From assembly GCA_964202905.1 (NCBI GenBank), contig CAXNJO010000013.1, positions 1 through 64,000 on the forward strand: DNA of 64,000 bases, in the 5' to 3' direction. This DNA is from Polyangiales bacterium (GTDB taxonomy: Bacteria; Myxococcota_A; Polyangia; Polyangiales; JADJQN01). Shown one piece after another: positions 39,701-50,029 of this stretch. Position 1 is the first letter of the stretch. Each line of letters begins with the position of its first letter. Below the pieces are notes generated by a model. That model had not been told where the DNA came from, ran no database searches, and saw nothing but the letters and a program-made list of their open reading frames with translations. The position numbers were made by a program, and so were the translations under genes.

Positions 39701-41952
39701 CGCAGCGAGAGCGAGACCCGCAGCGCGGTGTCCTGAACCTTGTCGGCGGCCGTGCCGAGGACCTCGACGAGCCCCTCCCAATCGCCGACCTCGCCGTAGA
39801 GACGCTCGAGCCCGTCGTAGTCGCCCGCGGCCACGTACGACTCGCGCAGCGTGCGCATCGCGCGCCCGTTCTTCGGGTCGATGGCGAGCACGCGCTGCCA
39901 GGCGCCCGCGGCGCGCGTGGTGTCCTGCAGCTGCTCGCCGTAGATCGGGCCGAGCTTCTGAAGCAGCTTCACGCGCTCCTGCGGATCGGTGGCCGCGGCC
40001 ACGCGGCGCTCGAGCACCTCCGCGACGGTGGCGAAATCCTTCTCGCGCTCGGCGAGTTTCTCGAGCGCGTCGAGCGCGCCCGCGGCCGTCGCGTCCTGCG
40101 CGATGACCTCGCGCCACAGCTGGATGGCCTCGGCGCTCTTGTGCAGGCGCTCGCCCGCGAGCTTCGCGAGCTCGACGAGGTTGTAGAGCCGCACGGTGGG
40201 ATCGCTCGCGAGGTCCGCCTCGCGGCGCATGACGTCGAACAACGGCTTCCACGCGCGCTTCTTCGCGTAGATGTCCTTCAGGCGCGAGAGCGCCTCGCGG
40301 TTGTCGGGGTCGAGTTCGAAGACCTGCTCGAGGGGCCGGGTCGCCTGGTTGTAGTTGGCGAAGCGCTCGATCCAGAGGTTCGCGACGCGCGTCAGCAGAC
40401 GCACCCGCTCGCCCTTGTCCGACTCGACGTCGGCCCGCCGCGTGAGCGTCTGGATCAGGTCGTTCCAGCGGCCGAGCGCCTCGTACGTCGCGGCCAGCGC
40501 ACGGAGCGCCTCGGCGTCTTCCGGGACGAGCGCGAGGATCGCGCTGTAGGTGTTGATCACCATCACGTCGAGCGAGAGCTTTTCGCGGTAGATCGGCACC
40601 ATCTCGCGCAGGATCGCGATGCGGCGCGCGGCGTCCCCCGCCGGGAGCTGGTCGAGCTCGGCCTTGAGGATCTCGACGAGCGCGTTCCACTTGCCCGCCT
40701 TCGCGTAGAGTTCGCGGAGCGCGGTGACCGCCTCGCCGTTCTGCGGATCGACGCGCTGCACGGACTTCCACGCGTCGATCGCGCGGTCGACCGTCGCCGG
40801 GTTCGACTGCGCCTGCCGGGCGACCTCGACGGCCAGCTTGAGTTTGTTGCCCGAATCCCCCGAGAGACGCTGGGCATCACCGAGGATGGTCAGGAGACGC
40901 TGCTCGTCGCCCGTCTGCGTGAGGTAATCACGGTAGTAATCGAGCATCGCCGGGTGGCCCGGATCGATCTTGCGGAGCCGCGCGAAGTACGGCTCGGCCT
41001 CGGTGGGCTGCCCGCGCATGCGCCAGTGCACCATGCCGATCTGCAACAGGATCCCCTGCTCGCTCTCGAGCTTCTGCCGCGAGCGGAGCGCGTCCTCGTA
41101 CAGCGCGACGAGGTGGTCCCACTGCTCGCGCTCGGTGAAGTGCGCGACGAGGAAGCTCATCGCCTCGGTGTGCCCCGGCGCGAAGTCGAGCACGCGCTCG
41201 TAGCAAGCCGCCGCGCGGTCGTTCTGCGAGAGCTTCCGCGCGATCACGCGGGCGGCCCGGAAGAAGAGGTGGAACTTGTCGTCGCGGCCTTTCGCGCCCT
41301 CGGCCGCGGCGACGAGCACGCGCGCGAGATCGTCCCAGCGCTCACGGGCCCGGAGTGTCTGCTCGTAAAGGGCCGCCGCGGACGTGGCGCTCGGGTCGGC
41401 CGCGAGCGCCTCGGTGAAGAGCGCGTCGACCTCTTTGTCGCGGCCGCGCTTCTTGTATTGCCAGACGATCGATGCGGCGCGCTGCAGCACCGAGCTGCGG
41501 AGCGTGGGGTCGGTGGCGCCCTCCGCCTCTTCGACGAGCCGCTTGCCGATCTCCTTCCAGCTCGCCGCCACCTGCTCGAGTTGCACGAGTTGATCGCGCG
41601 CCTCGTCGTCGCCCGGGCGGAGCGCGATCGCCTTGACGAGCGCGGCGCGTGCGCCGGCGTCATCGAGCAGCGCGTCGCGGCGCAACCGGGCGAGCTCCTT
41701 CCAGAGCCCGGCCTCGCGGTCGGGGTCTGCTTCGACGAGCGTGATCTCGAGCTCCAGCACCTTCGCCGCCGTCGCGACCTCGCCGCGCTGCACATGGCCG
41801 CGACGCGCCGATTCGAGAAGCGCCGCGGGCCCTGCCCCGATGCGCGCGGCGTCCCCGCTGGTCAACGCGTCGAGCAACCCCTCGAGGGCCTGCGCGTCGT
41901 CCGGATCCTCGATCAGCACACCCAGACATTGAGAAACGGTGAGCGCGGCCAT
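30717..41952 (-). CDS. Giant TPR-repeat protein (AgmK-like, ~3,744 aa), split by a +1 base near 34527
   Basis: ORFs 34396..41988 and 30717..35024 carry the same TPR-like repeats (A...Y..VL..DP....A..AL..LY...W..L). The junction reads GCC GAG G CTC GAT CGC (AE + extra G + LDR). GAGGGAG RBS before ATG 41952. Confidence 0.88.
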
Positions 41953-42192
41953 CGATCTCCCTCGAGCAGCGAGCTGGTATGTCGACATGCTCGTCGACGC
42001 GGCCCCTGGGCGGTCGCGCGACGGCAGGCCTTGGCCTGCGGAGCGCAGAGAGCGGTGTGAACGGCGAAACGCTGAGGAATTTTGCTTCGATATCGCGGGC
42101 GGCGCGGCGGCGCGTGGACCCGGGCGCAGGCCATCCTAGGGCTGCGCGTCGCCGCGTTGCAAGCCCGAACACGGACACGCGCGACGAGCGCG

Positions 42193-43158
42193 TCAGGGGC
42201 CGCCGGACGCGCCCGCGGCGCGCCGCGATGCGCGACCCGCGAGCACGCCGCGCGCGGTCACGCTCGCGACGATCAGCGCCCCGCCGAGCATCGCGCCCGG
42301 CGCGGGCACCTCGCCGTAGCCGAGGGCGACCCACACCGGGTTCAGCACCGGCTCGATCGTCGCGACGAGCCCGGCCTCGACCGCGGTGACGCGCGCGGTG
42401 CCCGCGATGAAGAGCACGTACGAGAGACCAATCTGCACGGCCCCGAGGGCGAGCAGCACGAGCACGCTCGCGCCGTCCTCAGGCCCGCCCGTGACCATCC
42501 ACGGCGACGCGAGGAGCGCCCCGAGCGCGTTGCCCGCGACCACCGCGACGAGCGCCCCGAGCGGGCTGCCCGCGAGCTCCGCCCGAGCGTCTCCGCGGCG
42601 CACCGCCTCGAGCCGCTCCCGCCGGAGCAGCAGCGTGAGCAGCCCGAAGCCGACGCCGGAGACGAGCGCGAGCACGTTGCCGAGCGCCGCGCCGCCCGCG
42701 AGCCCATCCCCGAAGAAGAACAGCATGCCGGCCGCACAACCGGCCACGGCGAGCCAGTCCCACCAGGCGACCCGCTCCCGCAGCAGGAGCGGCGAGAGCA
42801 GCGCGACGTGAACCGGCGACGTGTACTGCAAGAGGATCGCGTTGGCCGCCGTCGTGAGGCGTGTCGCGCCGACGAAGAGCATCACCGCGAGCGCGTAGGC
42901 GAGCGCGATCGACCAGGTCGACCGGCGCCCGAGCGCGGCGCTCACCTCGCCGCCCCGGCCGCGCGCGGCGACGAGCAGCGCGGCGAGCACGACGGGGAGC
43001 GCGAAGAGGCTGCGGTAGCCGGCGATCGCGATCGGGTGAGCGTGGACGAGCTTGATGCCGAGGCCGCCGCCGCTCCAGAGCAGCGCCGCGCCGAGCACGA
43101 GCGCGATGCCCGCACCGCGGACGCTGCCCGCGCCGCGCACGCTGCCCTGCGCCGACAC
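42193..43158 (-). CDS. DMT/EamA-family transporter
   Basis: About 10 TM helices; TTAANAILLQYTSP; IEPVLNPVWV...GE.P. Confidence 0.9.
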   Translation of the reverse strand: MSAQGSVRGAGSVRGAGIALVLGAALLWSGGGLGIKLVHAHPIAIAGYRSLFALPVVLAALLVAARGRGGEVSAALGRRSTWSIALAYALAVMLFVGATRLTTAANAILLQYTSPVHVALLSPLLLRERVAWWDWLAVAGCAAGMLFFFGDGLAGGAALGNVLALVSGVGFGLLTLLLRRERLEAVRRGDARAELAGSPLGALVAVVAGNALGALLASPWMVTGGPEDGASVLVLLALGAVQIGLSYVLFIAGTARVTAVEAGLVATIEPVLNPVWVALGYGEVPAPGAMLGGALIVASVTARGVLAGRASRRAAGASGGP

Positions 43159-43161
43159 AGG

Positions 43162-43968
43162 CTAGAAGGTCATCAGCGCGCCGGCCCAGGTCAGCGCGCC
43201 GAACGTGACGAGGCCGATCCCCATGTGGACCGTGCCGAGGGCCTGCGCGATCTTGAAATCGTCGGGGTTCGCGCGATCGAACGCGTTGGCCGTCACGATG
43301 CCGAGCGCGATCTGCGAGACCATGCCTGCGAGGTGGACCCAACGCAGGATCTTGTGCAGGCGAAGCGTCCGCGCGAACGCGCTGTCCCCCGTCGCGGCGT
43401 CGTCGGGATCAGGCATGAACCACGAGAGCGAGAGCGTCGTGACGTACAGCGCGCTCGTCACGATCGAGCTGATCGTGTGGGGAAGCGGGCGACCGACACA
43501 GGCCTCGTAGCCGCCGATCGCGGTGCCGTTCACGCAGGGGTTGTCGGTGTGCGTGCCACCGAACCCATACAGGTTCGAGTACTGGATGAAGCCGAACGTG
43601 AGCGTCGCAGCCATCGAGGCCCAGGTGCTGATCCCGAGAATCTTGTGGATCTTTGCGACGCGGTTGCGCTCGCGGATCGCGTCGGCGTAGGCCTGCTCGG
43701 CCTCGGCGCTGCTCTCGGCGGTCGCGCCCGGCGTCGGCACCACGGCGGCGCCCGTCGAGCCCTCGGGCGTGCCATCGCCCACCGAGACGTCCGAGGGCAT
43801 CGTGGCCTCGAGCTCGAGGGGCATGGCGACGCCGAGCGCGAGCGCCGGGGCCGCGAACATCGCCCCCTGCGGCGGGCCCGACGCCTCCGCGACGACGTCG
43901 ATCGCCGGCGCAGAAAGCTGAAAGCCGAAGACGGGCGTCGCGAGCAGCAAGGCGTAGAGCGGGCTCAT
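43162..43968 (-). CDS. Hypothetical membrane protein with His-bearing TM helices
   Basis: N-terminal signal and low-complexity linker, then four hydrophobic segments each beginning near a His. Confidence 0.75.
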   Translation of the reverse strand: MSPLYALLLATPVFGFQLSAPAIDVVAEASGPPQGAMFAAPALALGVAMPLELEATMPSDVSVGDGTPEGSTGAAVVPTPGATAESSAEAEQAYADAIRERNRVAKIHKILGISTWASMAATLTFGFIQYSNLYGFGGTHTDNPCVNGTAIGGYEACVGRPLPHTISSIVTSALYVTTLSLSWFMPDPDDAATGDSAFARTLRLHKILRWVHLAGMVSQIALGIVTANAFDRANPDDFKIAQALGTVHMGIGLVTFGALTWAGALMTF

Positions 43969-44049
43969 GCGTCGGGGGTCCTATCGTGTGGCGCGGCGAC
44001 GAAGCCGCGTGCTTCGGGGAGGCGGGGAGCGGGCCCGGGCGGACGCCGC

Positions 44050-44985
44050 TCAAACGCGGAGCGAGCGTACACCCGCCTGATGCACCTTGCCCGGGAGCTC
44101 GCGCCCGACGACGGCGGCGGCGACGCGGCCGGCCTCCCAGAGCTTGTCGAGGTCGATGCCCGTCTCGACGCCCATCCCGTCGAGCATGAACACGAGGTCC
44201 TCGGTGGCGAGGTTGCCCGCGGCGCCGGGCGCGTACGGACAGCCGCCGAGCCCGCCGACCGACGCGTCGAGCGTGCGGATGCCGAGCTCGAGGCCCACGA
44301 GCGCGTTCGCGAGCGCGGTTCCGCGGGTGTCGTGCAGGTGCAGGGCGAGCTCGTCCCCGGGCAGCTCGGCGAGGAACATGCGCACGAGGTCGTGTGTCTG
44401 ACGCGGCGTGCCGACGCCGATCGTGTCGCCGAGCGAGATCTGGTAGCAGCCCTGCGCGCGCAGCTCCCGCGCGATCGCGAGCGCACGCCGCGCATCGACC
44501 GAGCCCTCGTACGGGCAGCCCCACACCGTCGAGACGTAGCCGCGCACGCGCAGCCCGGCGGCGACGGCGGGCGCGATGACGTCGCGGAATCCGTCGAGCG
44601 TCGCGGCGATCGTCTTGTTCACGTTCTTCAGGTTGTGCGTCTCGCTCGCCGAGACGAACACGCCGATCTCGCCGATCCCCGACGCGAGCGCGCGCTCGAG
44701 GCCCCGCGCGTTGGGGCAGAGCGCCGAGTAGACGATCCCCTCGCGCCGGGGCAGCAGCCGCGCGACCTCCTCGCCGTCGGCGAGCTGCGGGACCCAGCGT
44801 GCGGAGACGAAGCTCGTCACCTCGATCCGCGTGAGGCCCGCCGCGACGAGCGCCTCGATCAGGCGAAGTTTGCGCGTCGTCGGGACGGTGACGGCCTCGT
44901 TCTGCAGGCCGTCGCGCGGCGAGACCTCGTACACGGAGACGGAGCCGGGGACGGCGTCGAAGAGCGCGGTCATCGGGAGGGGCAT
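44050..44985 (-). CDS. Hydroxymethylglutaryl-CoA lyase
   Basis: EVSPRDGLQNE, TSFVS.RWVPQLAD, GCPYEG, ISLGDTIG, HLHDTRG, GGLGGCPYAPGAAGNLATED. Confidence 0.95.
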   Translation of the reverse strand: MPLPMTALFDAVPGSVSVYEVSPRDGLQNEAVTVPTTRKLRLIEALVAAGLTRIEVTSFVSARWVPQLADGEEVARLLPRREGIVYSALCPNARGLERALASGIGEIGVFVSASETHNLKNVNKTIAATLDGFRDVIAPAVAAGLRVRGYVSTVWGCPYEGSVDARRALAIARELRAQGCYQISLGDTIGVGTPRQTHDLVRMFLAELPGDELALHLHDTRGTALANALVGLELGIRTLDASVGGLGGCPYAPGAAGNLATEDLVFMLDGMGVETGIDLDKLWEAGRVAAAVVGRELPGKVHQAGVRSLRV

Positions 44986-45037
44986 CGCACCGCGCCGGGG
45001 GCCGCGTCAAGCGCAGCGATCGCCCTGCACGGCGGCG

Positions 45038-47095
45038 CTACGGCGCGGCGTGCGCCAGCCCGGTGAGCGCATACGGGTCGACGATCTCCGCCGCGCCCGT
45101 CTCCCAGTGCGAGGAGAGGAAGCGCAGCCACGCAGCCGCGCCGACCTCGCTGTCGCCCACGTTGCTGTGCGTCGCAGGACGCACGGCCGTGCCCTCGCGC
45201 ACGACGTCGAACTGCAGCAGCCCGGCCGTCGTGCCGGGCGCGACGTTCGCGATCACGGGCGGCGGCGCGGTCGCCGCGAGCCCGATCTCGGCGCGGAGCG
45301 TCGGCGGCACCACGTCCACGCCGATGGCGCGCGCGAGCGCGTAGTTCGCGGTGTTCGGGACCGTGTCGTCGTCGAGCACGACCCCGACGAGCACGCTCGG
45401 GACGCGCATGCCGGCGGGCGCGAGGCGATCGCGGAGCAGGTGCGGGCCGTACGAGGCCGCGTCGCCGCGCTCGAGCACGGTCTGCAAAACCGGGAAGAAT
45501 CGGTCGACGTCGCCCGCGGTCGTGCTGCGCGGGCGCACGAGGTTGATGAGCGGGCGGAAGGTCTCGCTGTCGGCGATGATCGCCGAGACGCGCCCACCCG
45601 GGACCACGAGCACCACCGCGCCGTACGCGTCGGTGAGCGCCGCGAGCTCGCTCCCCATGATGCCGCCGAGCGACACACCGAGGTACGCGAGCCGCGTACC
45701 GTCGACGTCGTCGGTTCCGTCGCCGTCCACGTCGATCCCGGCCGCGAGCAGCCGCGTGAGCTGCAGCTTGTCCCAGGTCGACTGCCGGAAGTGGTCGCGC
45801 AGCTTGCGCCCGTCGATCGCGCGCGTCGCGCGGTCGCCGTCGAACGTGAAGAAGTTGAGCACGGTGTTGAGCGTGTCCGTGCGCGCCCCCGCGTTCGTCG
45901 GGTGCTCGCCATGACGCACCGCGTCGATGGCGACGGTCGCGATGCCGAGTGGCGCCGCGAACTCCGCGAGGCGCGCGCCCTGCTCGCGCCCGCCGCCGAG
46001 GCCGTGGCCGTAGAGCAGCGTGGGGAACGGGCCGGCCCCCGCGGGCGGCAGCCACACCGTGATCGGCACGCGGTACGTGGATTGCGGGGTCACGGCCGCG
46101 CCCCGCGCACGCGCCGGGACGTGCGCGTCGGCGTCGCGGTAGTCCCCGGCGACGAACGCCGCCTCGCACTGCCGCCAGCGGCCCGTCGTGTCGGGCGTGC
46201 AGACGGGCGCGCCGTCGAGCGCGAAGTCGCGCGTGAGCACGTCCGCGGCGACGGCAATGGACTCCTCGACGATGGACTGCGTCGGGTAGACGACGAGCGA
46301 CACGAGGTCGCGCGCCGACGCGATGAGGCCGAGCGACGTGAGCGCGGCGATCGCGCGGGCATCCTCCGGCGAGGGCGCCGCGAGCCGCGCGGCCATGCCT
46401 TCGGACGGCTCGAGGCAGCCGCCCGCGGCCGGTGTGAGCGCGCGCGTGACGAAGGCCGCGACCCACGTCGCCTCGGGGAGCGGGCGCTGGGGCGCGAACA
46501 TGAGCGTCGCGTCGCGGTCCGTGGTCCGCAGGAGCGCCGGCACGAAGCGCGGCGCCGGATCGAGCACGACGAAGCCGAGCCCCGCGTCGGGGGCGCTCGC
46601 CTCCGCGCCCGTCGGCAAGAGCGTGCGATCGAAGGCGCGACCGAAGCGGAAGAACGCCTCCGCGTTCACGCCGAAGCCGTCGAGGTCGGAGAGGTCCTCG
46701 GTGAAGACGCGCGCGTATCCGCCCGCTGTCGCGAGCAGCTCCGGCCACGTGTCCGCCTCGACGCGCAGGCGCTTGCCCGTCGCGGTGCCCGGGTCATCGA
46801 CGAGCATGCGCGGCTCGGGCCACGCGTCCACGTCGCGCCGTGTCGGGTCGTAGAGGCCCACCGTGCATGCGGGTCCACCATCGAGGCCACCATCTTTGGG
46901 GATGGCACCCGTTGCATCGTCGTCACCGCATGCGGCGAGAGCGAGCGCGAAGACTGCGACACCAGCGACCCGCGAGGGCACGAGGCATGAGGGCACGAGG
47001 CGTGAGGGCACGAGGCGTGAGGGCACGAGGCGTGAGGGCACGAGGCGTGAGGGCACGAGGCGCGCAGGCTTGGAGCGGGAGGTGTCGGAGCGCAT
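45038..47095 (-). CDS. Alpha/beta-hydrolase (lipase-like) lipoprotein
   Basis: Lipobox LAAC; YGHGLGG; AIDAVRHG; YLGVSLGGIMG (GxSxG); DDTVPN. Start uncertain within the repeat. Confidence 0.85.
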   Translation of the reverse strand: MRSDTSRSKPARLVPSRLVPSRLVPSRLVPSRLVPSCLVPSRVAGVAVFALALAACGDDDATGAIPKDGGLDGGPACTVGLYDPTRRDVDAWPEPRMLVDDPGTATGKRLRVEADTWPELLATAGGYARVFTEDLSDLDGFGVNAEAFFRFGRAFDRTLLPTGAEASAPDAGLGFVVLDPAPRFVPALLRTTDRDATLMFAPQRPLPEATWVAAFVTRALTPAAGGCLEPSEGMAARLAAPSPEDARAIAALTSLGLIASARDLVSLVVYPTQSIVEESIAVAADVLTRDFALDGAPVCTPDTTGRWRQCEAAFVAGDYRDADAHVPARARGAAVTPQSTYRVPITVWLPPAGAGPFPTLLYGHGLGGGREQGARLAEFAAPLGIATVAIDAVRHGEHPTNAGARTDTLNTVLNFFTFDGDRATRAIDGRKLRDHFRQSTWDKLQLTRLLAAGIDVDGDGTDDVDGTRLAYLGVSLGGIMGSELAALTDAYGAVVLVVPGGRVSAIIADSETFRPLINLVRPRSTTAGDVDRFFPVLQTVLERGDAASYGPHLLRDRLAPAGMRVPSVLVGVVLDDDTVPNTANYALARAIGVDVVPPTLRAEIGLAATAPPPVIANVAPGTTAGLLQFDVVREGTAVRPATHSNVGDSEVGAAAWLRFLSSHWETGAAEIVDPYALTGLAHAAP
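46974..47063. repeat. 6 x 15-bp tandem repeat GAGGGCACGAGGCGT (RLVPS on the minus strand)
   Basis: Units at 46974, 46989, 47004, 47019, 47034 and 47049. Confidence 0.95.
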
Positions 47096-47197
47096 GGTCG
47101 ACGAGTGCAACAAACCACGGCGTCCGCCGCAAGCCCCGCGGCGTCGATGCGGCGTCGGGACGGTGACACGCCGAAGAGTGTGGTCTTCTGAGGCGCG

Positions 47198-48391
47198 TCA
47201 GGCCCCGTCGTCGTCGCGCGCGAGCTCGGAGAGCCCCGGGCGGCACGCATAACGGCGCACGAACACGTCGCGCCCGATCGGCTCGGCGACGAGCACGGCC
47301 TCGCCCGTCCAGACGGCGCGCGCCCCCGCGCGGGCCAGCCCCGCGGGCAGGAGCGCCTCGACGCGGCTCTGCGGCGCCGCGAGCGGGAGCGCGATGCGCA
47401 CGCCGTCCCCGCTCGCGACGAGCTGCGGCCGACCGCCCTCGCACGCCGTCGTGAGCGCGGCGCGCGTCGCGGTCTGCATCGCGCGCCCGTCCGACCCGAG
47501 CCGCGCGACGTGCAGGCCCTCCGCGCAGCGACTGACGGCGGCCGCGCCCTCGGGCAGCGCGACGAGGCCGACCGGCGCGCATCCGGCAGGCCCGTCGTGC
47601 ACGGCCGCGTACGAGGGCTGCTCGCGGATCGCGAAGACGTGTCCGCGCGCACCGTCGAGGGCGCTGCACACGCCGTTGAACCAGACGCCGCCGCTCCAGA
47701 CCGAGCCCGGCAGAAGCGGCTCGCACGGCACCTTCACCTCGTTGCCCTCCGTCCCGCGCGAGGCGGCCTCGGGTCGGCCGAGGCGCTGGTGGCGGTAGCG
47801 CGCGCACGTGCCCGACTGCGCCTCGCACGGGCCCTCGTCGCGACGGTGACTCAGCGTGAGCACGCCGTCCTCGCCGGCAGAGAGCGCGAGCCGACCACGC
47901 GCCCCGCGCGGCAGCACGACGCTCTGCCCGAGCGCGCCCGGCGGTGCGAACACCTGCGCGTCGGCCCCGGCATGCGAGGCGAACACCTCGGTGCGCGTGG
48001 GCGTGTCGTGCGCGACCCACGCGACGCCGAGCTTCCCGGCCGACGACGCGGCGACGACCTCCGCGACCCGCAGCGCCGCGGCCGGCGCGTCACGCGGGAC
48101 GATCTGCACCTCCGGCCCGCGCGCGGCGCCACGCGGATCGAGCGCGAGCGCCCGCAGCCCGCCGCCCTCGTCCTCGGGTGCCGCGAAGACGAGCACCGCG
48201 CCGTCCCCCGTCGCGACGAGGTCGAACGACGCGGGCGTCTCGACGTGACGCGGGGCCGTGATCGGCCCGAACGTGCGGCGCGCGGCGGCTGGCGGCTGGG
48301 AGGGGGGAGGCTCCTCGCGGCGACCGCCACACGCCGCGAGCGCGACGAGAAGCACCGTGGCGAACCGGGAGCGGACGGGCAGCGCGGGCAT
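47198..48391 (-). CDS. Hypothetical lipoprotein
   Basis: MPALPVRSRFATVLLVALAACGG lipobox; several Cys pairs. The upstream part of the 735-aa ORF is antisense to malQ. Confidence 0.75.
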   Translation of the reverse strand: MPALPVRSRFATVLLVALAACGGRREEPPPSQPPAAARRTFGPITAPRHVETPASFDLVATGDGAVLVFAAPEDEGGGLRALALDPRGAARGPEVQIVPRDAPAAALRVAEVVAASSAGKLGVAWVAHDTPTRTEVFASHAGADAQVFAPPGALGQSVVLPRGARGRLALSAGEDGVLTLSHRRDEGPCEAQSGTCARYRHQRLGRPEAASRGTEGNEVKVPCEPLLPGSVWSGGVWFNGVCSALDGARGHVFAIREQPSYAAVHDGPAGCAPVGLVALPEGAAAVSRCAEGLHVARLGSDGRAMQTATRAALTTACEGGRPQLVASGDGVRIALPLAAPQSRVEALLPAGLARAGARAVWTGEAVLVAEPIGRDVFVRRYACRPGLSELARDDDGA

Positions 48392-48457
48392 GGGCGGCGA
48401 GCATAACCGAGCGCGCGGGCGCCCCGCGCCGATCGCCGTTTTGCTACGGTGTGCACC

Positions 48458-50005
48458 GTGTCCCACCGCGCGCATCACGCTCTCCCGCTCCCGACGCTCG
48501 ACGAGCGCGCGAGCGGCATCCTCCTGCACTTCACGTCCCTCCCCGGCCCCCACGGATCGGGCGACCTCGGCCCGCAAGCCCATGGATTCGCTGAACTTTT
48601 GAGCGCATCCGGTCAGAGCTGGTGGCAGGCGCTGCCGATCAACCCGCCCGGGGGCGGCGCGTCGCCCTACCAGACGCTCAGCGTCTTCGCGGGCAGCCCC
48701 GCGCTCGTCGCGCTCGAGCCGCTCGCCGCGCGTGGCTGGCTCGACGCGCACACCCTCGCGCACGCGGCGCCGCGCGGAGACGCCGCCCGCGTCGACTGGG
48801 ACGCGACGCTCGCCTTCCGCGAAGCGCGGCTCCGCGAGGCGCACCGCGCCTTCGAGTCCACGGCGACCCACGAGGAGCGCGCCGACCTCGCGATGTTCAC
48901 CGCGCGCGAAGCGGAGTGGCTCGAGGACTACGCGCTCTTCGTCGCGCTCAAGGCCGCGCACGGCGGGGTCGCGTGGTTCGACTTCCCCGCGCCGCTCCGG
49001 CGCCGCGAGCCGCACGCGCTCACCGCCGCGCGCCACACCCACGCGCGGGAGCTCGCGTACCAGCGCTTCGTGCAGTGGTGCTTCGACACGCAGTGGCGCG
49101 CCCTGCGCGCGCGCTGCGCCGCGCTCGGCGTCGGACTGCTCGGCGACGTGCCGATCTTCGTCGCGGACGACAGCGCCGACGTCTGGGCCCACCAGCCGCT
49201 CTTCTTCCTCGGCGAAGACGGGCGTCCCACCGTCGTCGCGGGCGTGCCGCCCGACTACTTCAGCGAGACGGGGCAGCGCTGGGGCAACGCGCTCTACCGC
49301 TGGGACGTGCTCGCGGCGCGCGGCTACGACTGGTGGATCGCGCGGCTGCGCGACGCGCTCCGGCGCTTCGACGCGGTGCGGCTCGACCACTTCATCGGCT
49401 TCCACCGCTACTGGGAGGTGCCCGCCGCAGAGCCCGACGCCCGCAACGGCCGCTTCCGGCCCGGCCCCGGCCGCGCCCTCTTCGACGCCGCCACGCGCGC
49501 GCTCGGGCCGCTGCCGCTCATCGCCGAAGACCTCGGCGTGCTCACGGACGAGGTGAAGAAGCTGCGCGACGATCTCGCGCTGCCCGGGATGCGCGTGCTC
49601 CAGTTCGCCTTCGGCGTCGACGCGGGCTCACGCGAGTACCGGCCGCACGCCTGGCCGCGGCGCTCGGTCGCGTACACGGGTACGCACGACAACGACACCA
49701 CGCTCGGCTGGCTGCACGACCCGCAGGGCGACGCCGCCGCGCGCGCGCTCGCGCTCCGCTACCTCGCGAGCGATGGCCGCGCCGTGAACTGGGACATGAT
49801 CCGAATGGCGTTGCTCTCCCCCGCGGACCTCGCGATCGTGCCGATGCAGGACTTGCTCGGTCTCGGCAGCGAGGCGCGCATGAACACGCCCGGCACCGTC
49901 ACCGGCAACTGGGCGTGGCGCATGCGCGTGAGCGACGTGGGCGGCGACGTCGTCGACCGGCTGCGCGGGCTCGTCGAGACCTACGACCGCCTCCCGCCGC
50001 GCTGA
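48458..50005 (+). CDS. malQ: 4-alpha-glucanotransferase (amylomaltase, GH77)
   Basis: RASGILLHFTSLPG, WQALP, SPY, GDVPIFVA.DSADVW, GVPPDYFSETGQRWGN, RLDHFIG, IAEDLG, YTGTHDNDT. Confidence 0.96.
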   Translation: MSHRAHHALPLPTLDERASGILLHFTSLPGPHGSGDLGPQAHGFAELLSASGQSWWQALPINPPGGGASPYQTLSVFAGSPALVALEPLAARGWLDAHTLAHAAPRGDAARVDWDATLAFREARLREAHRAFESTATHEERADLAMFTAREAEWLEDYALFVALKAAHGGVAWFDFPAPLRRREPHALTAARHTHARELAYQRFVQWCFDTQWRALRARCAALGVGLLGDVPIFVADDSADVWAHQPLFFLGEDGRPTVVAGVPPDYFSETGQRWGNALYRWDVLAARGYDWWIARLRDALRRFDAVRLDHFIGFHRYWEVPAAEPDARNGRFRPGPGRALFDAATRALGPLPLIAEDLGVLTDEVKKLRDDLALPGMRVLQFAFGVDAGSREYRPHAWPRRSVAYTGTHDNDTTLGWLHDPQGDAAARALALRYLASDGRAVNWDMIRMALLSPADLAIVPMQDLLGLGSEARMNTPGTVTGNWAWRMRVSDVGGDVVDRLRGLVETYDRLPPR

Positions 50006-50029
50006 CCCGGGCTGCTAGGATCGGCGCCC

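Noticed and set aside
35461..42060. 2,199-aa plus-strand ORF and the many other long antisense or alternate-frame ORFs
   Set aside because: Shadow ORFs of high-GC genes: Arg/Ala-rich, no motifs, fully overlapping well-supported genes.
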